Positions 56,206 through 64,000 of a DNA stretch of 64,000 bases are shown one piece after another (position 1 is the first letter of the stretch; the number at the start of each line of letters is the position of its first letter). Source of the DNA: Kiritimatiellia bacterium (GTDB taxonomy: Bacteria > Verrucomicrobiota > Kiritimatiellia > RFP12 > UBA1067); NCBI GenBank assembly GCA_045641645.1, contig JAZUHK010000047.1, positions 51,316 to 115,315 on the forward strand, written 5' to 3'. The position numbers and the translations under genes were made by a program. The notes under the pieces are model-generated. The model was not told the origin of the DNA. It saw only the letters and a program-made list of their open reading frames with translations, and did no database searches.

Positions 56206-57890
56206 CAGATCCGGTTCTCCAGATCCTCATCCAGAACGGCTATCTCGACGAAGAGGGTGCCCAAGACCTCGCCGAAATCGCCAAGAGCGAGCAGAAGCCC
56301 ATCCGCCGCCTCGTGGTGGACCAGGGCGTCCTGTCGGAGGAGGATCTCCTGGCGGCGATGGCCGCCTATCAGGACACCGAGGCGATCGACCTTGCGTCGA
56401 TGACGATCGAGACCGACGTCACCGAGGCGATTCCCGCCTCGACCGCGCGCATGTACAATGTCTTCCCGATCGCCGCCGACGACTGCTCGGTGACGCTCGC
56501 GACCTTCGATCTCATCGATCCGCGCATTTCCGACGAGATGCTCTTCACGCTCTCGAAGGAGGTGCGGTTCGTCTTTGCGAAGGAACAGGACGTGATGGAT
56601 CGCATCGCCCAGTACTACGGCGATGCGAACGAGTCGGTTGCCGACATGATCAAGTCGCTCGGCGAGGGCATGACCGACGAGGAGGGGCTTACCGGCAACG
56701 CGAACGACATCGCCTCGATGGAGAACGCGGCGAACGCCTCGGCGATCATCCGCTTCGTGAACCGCGTCCTCTATCAGGGCGTGGTGGACCGCGCCTCCGA
56801 CATCCACATCGAGCCCTTCGAGAAGGACTTCAAGATCCGCTACCGCGTCGATGGCGCGCTTTACGAGATGAAGGCGCCGGATGTGTCGATGGCGCCGGCG
56901 ATCATCTCGCGCATCAAGATCCTCTCCAACCTCAATATCGCCGAGAAGCGCATTCCGCAGGACGGGCGCATTGCGCTCACCGTCGCGGGGAAGCCCGTCG
57001 ATCTGCGTGTCTCGTGCCTTCCCACCGCTCACGGCGAATCGGTGGTAATGCGTATTCTCGACCAGTCCGCGACTTCGCTCGACCTCGAGAACGTGGGGCT
57101 CCCCGAGGACGTTTACGAGCAGATCACGATGGACGTCGAAAAGCCAAACGGCATCTTCATCGTGACGGGGCCGACGGGTTCCGGCAAGACCACCACGCTC
57201 TATTCCATCCTCCGCCGCATCAACCAAATCGATACCAAGCTCCTCACGGCCGAGGAGCCGGTCGAATACAATGTGGACGGCATCGTCCAGGTGCCCATCG
57301 ACGCGCACGTCGGCAATACCTTCGCGAAGGTGCTCCGCGCCTTCCTGCGTCAGGACCCGGACGTGATGATGATCGGCGAGATCCGCGACCTGGAGACGGC
57401 GGTAATCGCCGTGCAGGCGGCGCTCCCCGGCCACTTCGTCTTCTCGACCCTGCACACCAACGACGCCGCGGGCGCGGTGATGCGACTGGTGGACATGAAT
57501 GTCGCGCCCTACCTCCTCTCGGCCACGCTCGAAGGCGTCCTCGGCCAGCGACTCGTGAGAACCTGCTGCCGCGAGTGCCGCCAGTCCTACGAGCCCGATG
57601 ACGAGACGCTCGACCGCATCAACATGACGCGCGACCAGACCGGCGGGCGGCCGTTCTACTTCGGCCAGGGCTGCAAGGCCTGCAACGGCACCGGCTATAA
57701 GGGCCGCAAGGGCGTTTTCGAGTATCTCCGGATGCTCGATCCGCTGAAAGAACTGGTCAATAACCGCGCACCCACGCTGGTCATTCGCGAAAAGGCACGC
57801 GAACTCGGCATGCGGACGATGCGCGAAGACGGCATTCGCTCGATTCTCGACGGCTATACGACGGTTGACGAAGTGCTGCGCTATACCTAA
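56202..57890 (+). CDS. PilB/GspE-family ATPase, copy 3, with an MshEN-type N-terminal domain
   Basis: N-terminal LQILIQNGYLDEEGAQDLA and IRRLVVDQGVLSEEDLLAAMA, Walker A GPTGSGKTTT, tetracysteine CREC…CKAC. Confidence 0.85.
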   Translation: MTDPVLQILIQNGYLDEEGAQDLAEIAKSEQKPIRRLVVDQGVLSEEDLLAAMAAYQDTEAIDLASMTIETDVTEAIPASTARMYNVFPIAADDCSVTLATFDLIDPRISDEMLFTLSKEVRFVFAKEQDVMDRIAQYYGDANESVADMIKSLGEGMTDEEGLTGNANDIASMENAANASAIIRFVNRVLYQGVVDRASDIHIEPFEKDFKIRYRVDGALYEMKAPDVSMAPAIISRIKILSNLNIAEKRIPQDGRIALTVAGKPVDLRVSCLPTAHGESVVMRILDQSATSLDLENVGLPEDVYEQITMDVEKPNGIFIVTGPTGSGKTTTLYSILRRINQIDTKLLTAEEPVEYNVDGIVQVPIDAHVGNTFAKVLRAFLRQDPDVMMIGEIRDLETAVIAVQAALPGHFVFSTLHTNDAAGAVMRLVDMNVAPYLLSATLEGVLGQRLVRTCCRECRQSYEPDDETLDRINMTRDQTGGRPFYFGQGCKACNGTGYKGRKGVFEYLRMLDPLKELVNNRAPTLVIREKARELGMRTMREDGIRSILDGYTTVDEVLRYT

Positions 57891-57900
57891 ATCATGCTCG

Positions 57901-59709
57901 ATGACGCTTGAGAACATTCGCAATTTCTGCATTATCGCCCATGTCGATCATGGGAAGACGACGCTTTCCGACCGCATTCTCGAACTGACTCACGCCATCT
58001 CGGCGCGGGAGCTCAAGGAACAGACGCTGGACGCGATGGACTTGGAGCGCGAGCGCGGCATCACCATCAAGTCGCACCCGGTGTCGATGCACTACGAGGC
58101 GAAGGACGGCAAGACCTATCTCTTCAACCTCCTCGACACTCCAGGCCACGTCGGTTTCGCCTACGAGGTCTCGCGGTCGAGGGGCGCGTGCGAAGGGGCG
58201 CGGTTAGTCGTGGACGCGGCGCAGGGCGTGGAGGCACAGACGGTCGCCAACACCTATTTCGCCCAGGCCGCGAAGATCGAGATCGTGCCCGTCCTCAACA
58301 AGGTGGACTTGCCCGGTGCTGACGTGAAGGAGGTGAGTCGCGAGATCGAGGACATCCTCGCCATCCCGATGGACGATCCGCTCCTCGTTTCGGCGAAGAC
58401 CGGGGTCGGCTGTCCCGAGGTGCTGGAGGCGATTGTCAAGCGCATTCCGCCGCCGACGACGCTTGGTACCGATGCCCCCTTAAGGGCGCTCGTCTTCGAT
58501 TCGGTGTTCGACGAATTCCGCGGGGTGATCACCTATGTGCGGGTGATGGACGGGTCGCTTTCGGCGGGGCAGAACGTCCGCTTCATGGGTTCGGGCGTGA
58601 CCACTACCGTTCACGAAGTGGGCATCTTCTCGCCCGGCAAGAAGCCGGTTCAGTGGCTTTCGGCGGGCGAGGTCGGCTACATCGTGGGGACGGTGAAGGA
58701 TCCGAGCGAGATTAAGATTGGCGATACGGTCACCTCGGCGCGGTTGGGCGCCTCCGAGCCGTTGCCGGGTTTCCAGGATATCCGCCCGACGGTCTTCTGC
58801 GGCATCTATCCGATGTCCACCGACGAGTTCCAGAAGGTGGAGCAGGGGCTGGAGAAGCTGCATCTCAACGACGCTGCCTTCACCTTCCACCACGAAAGTT
58901 CGCTGGCGCTCGGCTTCGGCTTTCGCTGCGGGTTCCTGGGGCTTCTGCATATGGAGATTGTGCAGGAGCGTTTGCGGCGCGAGTTCAATCTCGACATCAT
59001 CTCCACGAGTCCCGGCGTCGTCTATAAGCTCAAGCTCAAGTCGGGCGAGGAGAAGGATCTCGACAATCCCCTGCAGATGCCCGATCCGTCGGTGCTGGAG
59101 ACGATTTCGGAGCCCATCCTCAAGGCGCGCATCATCACGCCGTCGGAGTCGATCGGCGATGTGATGCGCATCGTGATGGATCGCCGCGGGACAGTGGAGG
59201 GGACGGAGACGATCGACGCGAAGCGCGTGATGCTGCACTGCCTGTTGCCGCTCAACGAGATCCTGCTCGACTTCCACGATACGCTCAAGTCCGTTTCCCA
59301 CGGTTACGCTTCGATGGATTACGAGCCCGCGGGCTATCAGGTCTCGGATATAGTCAGGATGGATATCCTCTTGTACGGCGAGACGGTGGATGCGTTTGCG
59401 ACGATGGTCCATCGCGACAAGGCGCGGACGCGAGGGATGCAGATGTGCAAGGCGCTCTCCGAGACGATTCCGCCGCATCAGTTCAAGATTCCGGTGCAGG
59501 CGGCGATCGGGCGGGAGATCATCGCGCGCGAGGACATCCGTCCGTTCCGCAAGGACGTGCTCGCGAAGCTTTACGGCGGCGACGTGACGCGCAAGATGAA
59601 GGTCTTGGAGAAGCAGAAGCGCGGCAAGGCGCGGATGAAGGAGTTCGGGCACGTGAACGTGCCGCAGTCCGCGTTCATCGCCGTCCTCAAGGGCACCATC
59701 AAGGAATAA
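57901..59709 (+). CDS. lepA: Elongation factor 4
   Basis: [21 protein letters not shown]-domain and a LepA-specific C-terminal domain. Confidence 0.9.
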   Translation: MTLENIRNFCIIAHVDHGKTTLSDRILELTHAISARELKEQTLDAMDLERERGITIKSHPVSMHYEAKDGKTYLFNLLDTPGHVGFAYEVSRSRGACEGARLVVDAAQGVEAQTVANTYFAQAAKIEIVPVLNKVDLPGADVKEVSREIEDILAIPMDDPLLVSAKTGVGCPEVLEAIVKRIPPPTTLGTDAPLRALVFDSVFDEFRGVITYVRVMDGSLSAGQNVRFMGSGVTTTVHEVGIFSPGKKPVQWLSAGEVGYIVGTVKDPSEIKIGDTVTSARLGASEPLPGFQDIRPTVFCGIYPMSTDEFQKVEQGLEKLHLNDAAFTFHHESSLALGFGFRCGFLGLLHMEIVQERLRREFNLDIISTSPGVVYKLKLKSGEEKDLDNPLQMPDPSVLETISEPILKARIITPSESIGDVMRIVMDRRGTVEGTETIDAKRVMLHCLLPLNEILLDFHDTLKSVSHGYASMDYEPAGYQVSDIVRMDILLYGETVDAFATMVHRDKARTRGMQMCKALSETIPPHQFKIPVQAAIGREIIAREDIRPFRKDVLAKLYGGDVTRKMKVLEKQKRGKARMKEFGHVNVPQSAFIAVLKGTIKE

Positions 59710-59731
59710 TCAAGAAAGGGGATTGCAAACT

Positions 59732-60739
59732 ATGAAACGCGCACTCATTACCGGCATCACCGGGCAGGACGGCAGCTACCTGGCGGAACTGCTGATCAAG
59801 AAGGGCTACGAGGTACACGGCATCGTGCGCCGCGCCTCCACCTTCAACACCGAACGGATCGATCACCTCTATCAGGATCCGCACGTGAACGGGCGCGTCC
59901 TCTTTCTGCACTACGGCGATCTGAGCGACAGCTCCAACCTGATCCGGCTCGTCTACGACATCAAGCCCGACGAGGTCTACAATCTTGCCGCGCAGAGCCA
60001 TGTGCGCGTCTCCTTCGATTCGCCCGAGTTCACGGGCGACGTGGACGCGCTCGGTACGATGCGGCTCTTGGAGGCGATTCGCCTGACGGGGCTCGCGAAG
60101 ACCACGCGTTTCTATCAGGCCTCCACCTCGGAGCTCTTCGGTCTCGTCCAGGAGGTCCCGCAGAAGGAGACGACGCCTTTCTATCCGCGTTCGCCCTATG
60201 CGGTCGCTAAGCTCTACGGCTACTGGGCGGTGAGGAACTACCGCGAGGCCTACGGGATGTTCGCCTCGAACGGCATCCTCTTCAACCACGAATCGCCGCG
60301 GCGCGGCGAGACCTTCGTGACGCGCAAGATCACGCGGGCGGTCGGGCGCATCAAGTACGGGTTGCAGGAAAAGCTCTACATGGGCAATGTCAACTCGCTG
60401 CGCGACTGGGGTTTTGCGGGCGATTACGTGGAGGGGATGTGGAGGATCCTTCAGCACGAGCGCCCCGACGAGTTCGTGCTGGCGACCGGCGAAATGCATT
60501 CGGTGAAAGAGTTCCTGGAGGCGGCGTTCTCGCGCGTGGGGCTGGACTGGCAAAAGTATGTCGAATGCGATACGCGCTATCTGCGTCCGACCGAGGTCGA
60601 TCAGCTGCTGGGCGACGCGACCAAGGCGAAGCGCGAGCTTGGCTGGGAGCCGAAGGTGAAGTTCCCCGAGCTGGTGGCGATGATGGTGGACGCCGACTTG
60701 GAGAAGGCGCGCAAGGAAAGGGCGCTTGTCGATGCATAA
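59732..60739 (+). CDS. gmd: GDP-mannose 4,6-dehydratase
   Basis: [21 protein letters not shown]…, a YxxxK SDR motif, and high similarity to bacterial Gmd. Confidence 0.9.
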   Translation: MKRALITGITGQDGSYLAELLIKKGYEVHGIVRRASTFNTERIDHLYQDPHVNGRVLFLHYGDLSDSSNLIRLVYDIKPDEVYNLAAQSHVRVSFDSPEFTGDVDALGTMRLLEAIRLTGLAKTTRFYQASTSELFGLVQEVPQKETTPFYPRSPYAVAKLYGYWAVRNYREAYGMFASNGILFNHESPRRGETFVTRKITRAVGRIKYGLQEKLYMGNVNSLRDWGFAGDYVEGMWRILQHERPDEFVLATGEMHSVKEFLEAAFSRVGLDWQKYVECDTRYLRPTEVDQLLGDATKAKRELGWEPKVKFPELVAMMVDADLEKARKERALVDA

Positions 60740-61679
60740 GGACGCGAAGATCTTTGTCGCCGGCCACCGCGGGATGGTGGGCTCGGCGGTCTGCCGGGCG
60801 CTTGCGAGGGCGGGTTACGGCAACGTCGTCACGCGCACGCACGCCGAACTGGACCTCTTGGATCCGCGCGCGGTGCGCGAATTCTACGCCGCCGAAAAGC
60901 CCGAGGTCGCGGTGATCGCCGCGGCGCGCGTAGGCGGGATCGGCGCGAACAGCGCGGCGAACGCGAGGTTTCTCTACGAGAACGAGATGATCGCCTTGAA
61001 TACGGTCTATGAAGCGGCGGCGGCGGGAGTGGGGAGACTGCTCTTCCTCGGCTCCACCTGCATTTATCCGCGGCTCGCCCCGCAGCCGATCCCCGAGGGG
61101 GCGCTGCTCACTTCGGAACTTGAGAAGACCAACGAGGGCTATGCGCTCGCGAAGATCTCGGGCCTGAAGCTCTGCGAATTCCTGCGGCGCGAAAGGGGGC
61201 TGTGCTACCACTCGCTGATGCCCACGAATCTCTACGGGCCCGGCGATAACTACGACATCGTCCACGGCCATGTGCTGCCTACGCTCGTTCGGAAGTTCGA
61301 GACGGCGCGCGAGACGGGGGCGAAGGAAGTGACGCTCTGGGGGTCGGGAAAGCCGCTCCGCGAATTCCTGCACGTGGACGATCTCGCCTCGGCCTGTCTT
61401 TTTGCGCTGGGGCTTGAGAATCCTCCGGACGTCCTCAATGTCGGCTCGGGTAGCGAGGTGACGATTCGCGAACTCGCCGAAGCGGTGAAGCGCGCTACCG
61501 GCTGCAGTGCCGCAATCGTCTGGGACGGCACCCGTCCCGACGGCACTCCGCGCAAGCTTTGCGACACCTCGCTCATCCGGTCGCTCGGGTGGATGCCGCT
61601 TATCTCGCTTGAAGAGGGGCTGGCGCGGACGGTTGCCGACTATCGTCGGGAGCTGGCGGCGGGGACGATTCGGCTCTGA
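60726..61679 (+). CDS. fcl: GDP-L-fucose synthase
   Basis: …[13 protein letters not shown]…[11 protein letters not shown]… typical of Fcl/WcaG; overlaps the gmd stop. Confidence 0.85.
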   Translation: MSMHKDAKIFVAGHRGMVGSAVCRALARAGYGNVVTRTHAELDLLDPRAVREFYAAEKPEVAVIAAARVGGIGANSAANARFLYENEMIALNTVYEAAAAGVGRLLFLGSTCIYPRLAPQPIPEGALLTSELEKTNEGYALAKISGLKLCEFLRRERGLCYHSLMPTNLYGPGDNYDIVHGHVLPTLVRKFETARETGAKEVTLWGSGKPLREFLHVDDLASACLFALGLENPPDVLNVGSGSEVTIRELAEAVKRATGCSAAIVWDGTRPDGTPRKLCDTSLIRSLGWMPLISLEEGLARTVADYRRELAAGTIRL

Positions 61680-61687
61680 AGGGGATT

Positions 61688-61939
61688 ATGCCGCTGTACG
61701 TTTATGAGGCCAGGGATCCGAAGCGCGGCTGCGCCAAGTGCCGCGGCGGTTTCGAGGTGACGCAGTCGCTTAAAGACGCGAAGCTCGCCGCCTGTCCTGC
61801 GTGCGGAGCGGAGGTCTTTCGCGTCATTCAGGCGCCGGGGCTCACGCATTCGAAGACCGACCTCCATTATCGCGCCAAGCGGGCGGGGTTCCATACCCTC
61901 AAGAAGGTTTCGAAGGGCGAATACGAGAAACTCTACTGA
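61688..61939 (+). CDS. FmdB-family zinc-ribbon protein
   Basis: MPLYVYEARDPKRGCAKCRGGFE…CPACG. Confidence 0.6.
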   Translation: MPLYVYEARDPKRGCAKCRGGFEVTQSLKDAKLAACPACGAEVFRVIQAPGLTHSKTDLHYRAKRAGFHTLKKVSKGEYEKLY

Positions 61940-61950
61940 TTGAAGACACC

Positions 61951-63057
61951 ATGCGCGTTTGGATCGTCAATCCCTTCGACAATCTTCCCGGCGAGGGCTT
62001 TCGCGCGGGGCGCTATGAGCTGATGGCGCGCGCCTTCGCCGCCGCCGGGCATGAGGTGACCTGGTTTTCGGCCGATTTCAGTCACGCGCTCAAGCGCCCG
62101 CGGCAGGTGGATTCGCCGCGCGGCTATGCGCTCCGGCTGCTGGCGGTGCCGCCTTATCGCCAAAACGTTTCGCTTCGGCGCGTCCGTAGCCACTATGCCT
62201 TTGCGCGGGCGTTCACCGCGGCGGCGGCGGCGACGCCGCTCGGCGAACGCCCCGAGGTGGTCATTGCAAGTACGCCGCCGCTGTCGGCGGCGAATGCCGC
62301 GTTCCGCTTTTGCCGCACCGTTGGCGCGAAATTCGTCTTGGACGTGCAGGACCTCTGGCCGGAGACCTTCTATCGGTTGTTGCCGCGCCCGCTGAGGTTC
62401 TTGGGGCCGATCGTCTTTTTCCGGCAGGTGCGGAAGGCGCGCCGGCTTTACCGGGAGGCGGCTCTGGTTACGGGTACCGCCCGCTCTTATGCGGCGCTCG
62501 TGCCGCAGGCGTATCATTACGCGCCGCTGGGGATCGAGAAGGTCGAGCCGGCCGCGGGGGTTGGGCGGGCGGGATCTCGGACCTTGCGGCTCGTCTATCT
62601 CGGGAACCTCGGGCGCAGCTACGATCTCAAGACGGTGATTGCCGCCGTGCAGGCGATGGAAGGGGTGTCGCTGGATATCGCGGGGGCGGCGGCGCCCAGG
62701 ACGGAAGGAAGGGTGACTTACCACGGATATCTGCAGGAGCGGGAGCTTTCGGCGTTGCTCGCTACGGCGCAGATCGGGGTGGTGCCGATGACGGCCGATT
62801 CGTTCGTGGGCATCCCCAACAAGGTGGCGGACTATGCGCGCGCGGGGCTGAAGATCGTCAGTTCCCTCGAAGGCGAATGTGCGGAGCTGCTGGCGCGCAC
62901 CGGGACGGGAGTTACCTATCGTCCAGGCGAGGTGGCGTCGCTGAAGGCGGCGATTCGGGCGGCGGCGCGGCTGACGGGGAACAATGAGGCGCTGCTCCGC
63001 GAGCTGGATGCCGCACGCATCTATGGCGATTATGTTCATTGCGTCACGAAGTTGTGA
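61951..63057 (+). CDS. GT4-family glycosyltransferase
   Basis: MRVWIVNPFDNLPGEG… N-terminus and a C-terminal GT-B (E-x7-E-like) region. Confidence 0.65.
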   Translation: MRVWIVNPFDNLPGEGFRAGRYELMARAFAAAGHEVTWFSADFSHALKRPRQVDSPRGYALRLLAVPPYRQNVSLRRVRSHYAFARAFTAAAAATPLGERPEVVIASTPPLSAANAAFRFCRTVGAKFVLDVQDLWPETFYRLLPRPLRFLGPIVFFRQVRKARRLYREAALVTGTARSYAALVPQAYHYAPLGIEKVEPAAGVGRAGSRTLRLVYLGNLGRSYDLKTVIAAVQAMEGVSLDIAGAAAPRTEGRVTYHGYLQERELSALLATAQIGVVPMTADSFVGIPNKVADYARAGLKIVSSLEGECAELLARTGTGVTYRPGEVASLKAAIRAAARLTGNNEALLRELDAARIYGDYVHCVTKL

Positions 63058-63062
63058 AATTT

Positions 63063-63071
63063 TGGTATAAT
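63063..63071 (+). promoter_or_regulatory. Extended -10 TGGTATAAT upstream of the FAD-oxidoreductase gene
   Basis: aattttggtataatgccc, with RBS AAGGAG before the ATG at 63105. Confidence 0.4.
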
Positions 63072-63104
63072 GCCCTTGAACCTTTCAGGAAGGAGTTGAA
63101 TGCC

Positions 63105-64000
63105 ATGCAGATTACCAAGCGTGAATTCTTGAAGAAACTCGGCCTCGGCGGCGCGGCGGTGGCCACGGGCGCGGCGTTTGCCGACCAGTATGTCGCCACC
63201 ACCAATCCGTTGCCTCCGGGGAGCGTCGGCGATCCGGAAGCCGCTTGGTTCGGCCGGCATATCTTCCCCATTGACAAGCCCCTGGAGATCGACGGGCCGA
63301 GTTGCTGTCTGAAGGATGGCAAGATCATCGAGCCCGCGCGCGAGATTCCGAAGTTTCATGAGACCGATGTGGTGGTGGTCGGCGGCGGGCCTGCGGGCTT
63401 CTCGGCGGCGGTCTCCGCCGCGCGCGCAGGCGCGAAGGTGGCGCTGGTCGAGCGCTACGGGTCGCTCGGCGGGCTCTTCACCAACGGTATGGTGCTGATC
63501 GTTCTTTCTACCTGTCGGCAGGAAGGGGATAACAAGTGGACGCTGGTGGCGCGCGGCACGTGCGAGGAGTTCATGACGCGCGCTCAGGCGCTGGGAAGCG
63601 ACTTCTGCACGCCGCGTTCGATTCCGCAGGAGCATTGGCAGGCGACGGTCGATCCCGAGGCGGGCAAGTACCTGATGGACCGCATCGTTGAGGAGGCCAA
63701 GATCGACATGTTCTTCCATGCTTGGGGTGTGGACGTGATTCAGGACGGCGACAAGGTGCTGGGAGTGGTCTTCGAGTCGAAGCAGGGGCGGCAGGCGATT
63801 CTGGCCAAGCAGGTGGTGGATGCGACTGGCGATGCCGACATGCTCTTCCGGGCGGGCGGCGCCTACAAGCAGGTTACGCACGCTTTCGGGTTCGTCTCGC
63901 GTTGGGCCAACATGGATAAGATCACCGCCACCAAGCCGCTGATGTGGAACGAGGTTCCGGGCGGGGCTCCGCTCAGGGGCAACGAGGGCAATCCCTCCAC
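63105..64000 (+). CDS. Tat-secreted FAD-dependent oxidoreductase (3' end lies outside the window)
   Basis: Hand translation gives MQITKREFLKKLGLGGAAVATGAAFA (twin-arginine-like signal) then VVVVGGGPAGFSAAVSAARAGAKVALVERYGSLGG (FAD Rossmann). It is absent from the ORF track because no stop codon falls in the window. Confidence 0.65.
   Translation, partial: MQITKREFLKKLGLGGAAVATGAAFADQYVATTNPLPPGSVGDPEAAWFGRHIFPIDKPLEIDGPSCCLKDGKIIEPAREIPKFHETDVVVVGGGPAGFSAAVSAARAGAKVALVERYGSLGGLFTNGMVLIVLSTCRQEGDNKWTLVARGTCEEFMTRAQALGSDFCTPRSIPQEHWQATVDPEAGKYLMDRIVEEAKIDMFFHAWGVDVIQDGDKVLGVVFESKQGRQAILAKQVVDATGDADMLFRAGGAYKQVTHAFGFVSRWANMDKITATKPLMWNEVPGGAPLRGNEGNPS

Noticed and set aside
54862-57932. Long minus-strand ORFs (410 and 601 aa) opposite pilT and the PilB-like gene
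   Set aside because: Antisense to ATPase genes that carry intact Walker motifs; typical high-GC shadow ORFs.
63036-63881. 281-aa minus-strand ORF overlapping the Tat-secreted FAD oxidoreductase
   Set aside because: The plus-strand frame has an SD sequence, a Tat-type signal and a GxGxxG FAD fold; the minus frame has no features.

Overview
This is a high-GC (~64%) bacterial chromosomal window. The many prepilin-type proteins, the XylR-type hybrid regulators, the glycoside hydrolases and the standalone HydG suggest a PVC-superphylum organism (Verrucomicrobiota, Kiritimatiellota or Lentisphaerota); that placement is inference. The 5' third is housekeeping: a radical-SAM gene fragment, pyrH-frr, an ABC transporter with a TetR regulator, rmuC, a TadE/TadG-like pair, one class-II tRNA, a beta-lactamase-family hydrolase, hydG, and rpoZ-smpB-secY-rpoN. 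The middle (17.3-41.4 kb) is accessory glycan-utilisation DNA. It holds a rare-sugar isomerase/kinase/aldolase cassette, two XylR-like regulators, very large secreted lectin-like proteins built from repeated modules of unknown function, GH2, GH39-like and GH92 hydrolases, a Phd/VapC toxin-antitoxin pair, and several repeat structures (a duplicated 125-bp promoter/operator block, an inverted repeat inside the GH2 gene, and a dispersed GGAG-rich spacer repeat). The last third (41.4-57.9 kb) is a large type IV pilus / T2SS-like locus. It encodes a secretin, PilMNOP-like proteins, a response regulator, a major pilin, GspF, three GspE/PilB-like ATPases (two with MshEN-type N-domains), PilT and minor pseudopilins. 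lepA, gmd-fcl, an FmdB zinc-ribbon gene, a GT4 glycosyltransferase and a Tat-secreted FAD oxidoreductase follow. I found no transposase, integrase or CRISPR array. The best candidate for an undescribed system is the modular lectin-like protein family, which shares a duplicated regulatory region with a divergent XylR-like regulator.
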